64,000 nt of DNA from Vicugna vicugna (taxonomy: Eukaryota), in contig MU058241.1 of assembly GCA_013265495.1 (NCBI GenBank), forward strand, positions 931,249 to 995,248, in the 5' to 3' direction. The notes under the pieces were generated by a model. The model did no database searches and was not told where the DNA came from. It worked only from the letters and a program-made list of their open reading frames with translations. The translations under genes and the position numbers were made by a program. This document shows, one piece after another, positions 62,641-64,000 of this stretch (positions within the stretch are counted from its first letter, which is position 1; every line of letters begins with the position of its first letter).

Positions 62641-64000
62641 AAAGTTTCTCTTGGTTTTTATCTTTTTAAAATTTTCCTACTCAAAGTTGTAACCAAGAAT
62701 AGCACCTCTCCATTTTCTCACTGATTTCTGATTCCTCCTCTGCCATCATCCTCCACAAAGAAAACTGAGCACAGATCTGACAGAACTGGGCACTGGCTGT
62801 GTCTTTCCAATTTAAACAGAAAAATTCCTTTCATTCAAACGAAAGCAGACTTTCCACGAAGCCGCACATTCTGCTGTCTTCCTGTTGCAGCTTTCTCAGT
62901 AATTTCTTGAAAATCATGACACCACTGTCAACCCTTCTGTGTCAAAAGCAAAGGTATCAGCATGACTCACAAAAAAAGCCGTTTATTAAATGTCCACAAC
63001 GAGAATATCCAAAAACTCATTTAAAGATTCAGTCCAAGATGTAGTGCTATGCACTTAAGCAGAAGTTGGACTTTTTCTAGATTTAGTTTTAAAGAGCAAC
63101 GAGAAAAAATAAGGTAAAATAAATGAAACAGCTCCATGGGCCCATCTTCATCTTTCCAACAACTCCCCACACACGCCCCGTCACAGGCTTAGGTACCGAC
63201 CTCTCAGCCCGTCGACCACTTCGTCACATTCACCTCGGCCATGCTGGCAATAACTAGGCTCAAAATGACAAAACCCAAAGAATTCTTCCCTGGTGTCCTC
63301 ACAGCATTTGGCCAAGTCTTCTCATCTGGCACGTTCGATCTGCACAGGGCTTCTGAAACAAATTCAGGAGCACTTCTGTGACAGGACAAGCACACCTGTC
63401 TTTCATCGTCACAACCACTCACTCCCGTCAGCTTTGGCAGAGTGGACCATACCCACAAGGAAGACACAGGGCTGTCAGCTTCTCATTAATGGAACACTTT
63501 CATAACACATCTGCCTTCACATGTATACATACCAGGCATGGCTAAGAACAAGCAGACGCTGAAATACGGTCAATGCGTCTCTGCACTATGGAAATTTTTT
63601 TATAGCAACAAGTTCTTTAAAAGCATACCCAAGCACACACATAAAGGTACCGTACAAATTCTTCCGATGTGAGTTTGATACAATAAAACGTAAGTGTGAC
63701 CAACACAACTACATAATTCCTGGATGTTTAAATATGTGGAGGAACCCTTCAAATACAGCTGAAGGGTTGAACACTACGGGGAAAACCATGACACCCAGTG
63801 GCTAAAGACCTTCAATGCCGCACGAATTTTTCTGTGTCCTCTCTCTGTCACAGTCGTGCCCGTGTTGATCTGATCATCAAGTTATCTATTTATTTACAGA
63901 AATTCATGATATTGAAATAGCTGATGCATTCATGAGCAATTCTGTATTTTCACATGCATGTGTAATTTTACCTTTTATTTGAAAGATCGTGGATGCCAAC

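Noticed and set aside
1..64000. Remaining short ORFs in the six-frame track and any prokaryote-style system (operon, defence island, toxin-antitoxin)
   Set aside because: The DNA is mammalian and repeat-rich. The ORFs are short, overlap in all frames and lack recognisable products, apart from the L1-derived ones.

Overview
Mammalian genomic DNA, most likely a camelid (camel, alpaca or llama). The evidence is a tRNA-Ala-derived vic-1-type SINE at ~4.1 kb and cetartiodactyl-type L1 3' ends and ERV1 LTRs. The window is repeat-rich intronic or intergenic sequence. It holds ancient and young L1 fragments, HAL1, L2, MIR, MaLR (MLT1), MLT2, ERVL and ERV1 LTR pieces, and hAT/TcMar DNA-transposon relics, separated by unique non-coding stretches. 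I recognise no host protein-coding exon, RNA gene or CRISPR array. The only ORF-track entries with a recognisable origin are decayed L1 ORF2 pieces. I did not find a convincing novel biological system. The observations most worth following up are modest: a chimeric L1 insertion apparently bounded by one TSD pair, a CpG-island-like patch inside ancient L1 DNA, nested LTR insertions, a strong plus-strand bias of LTR/ERV pieces that hints at a minus-strand host transcript, some candidate splice signals, and two motif-dense candidate enhancers. Repeat family names come from my recollection of consensus sequences, not from a search. Subfamily labels and boundaries of old elements are approximate (tens of bp).
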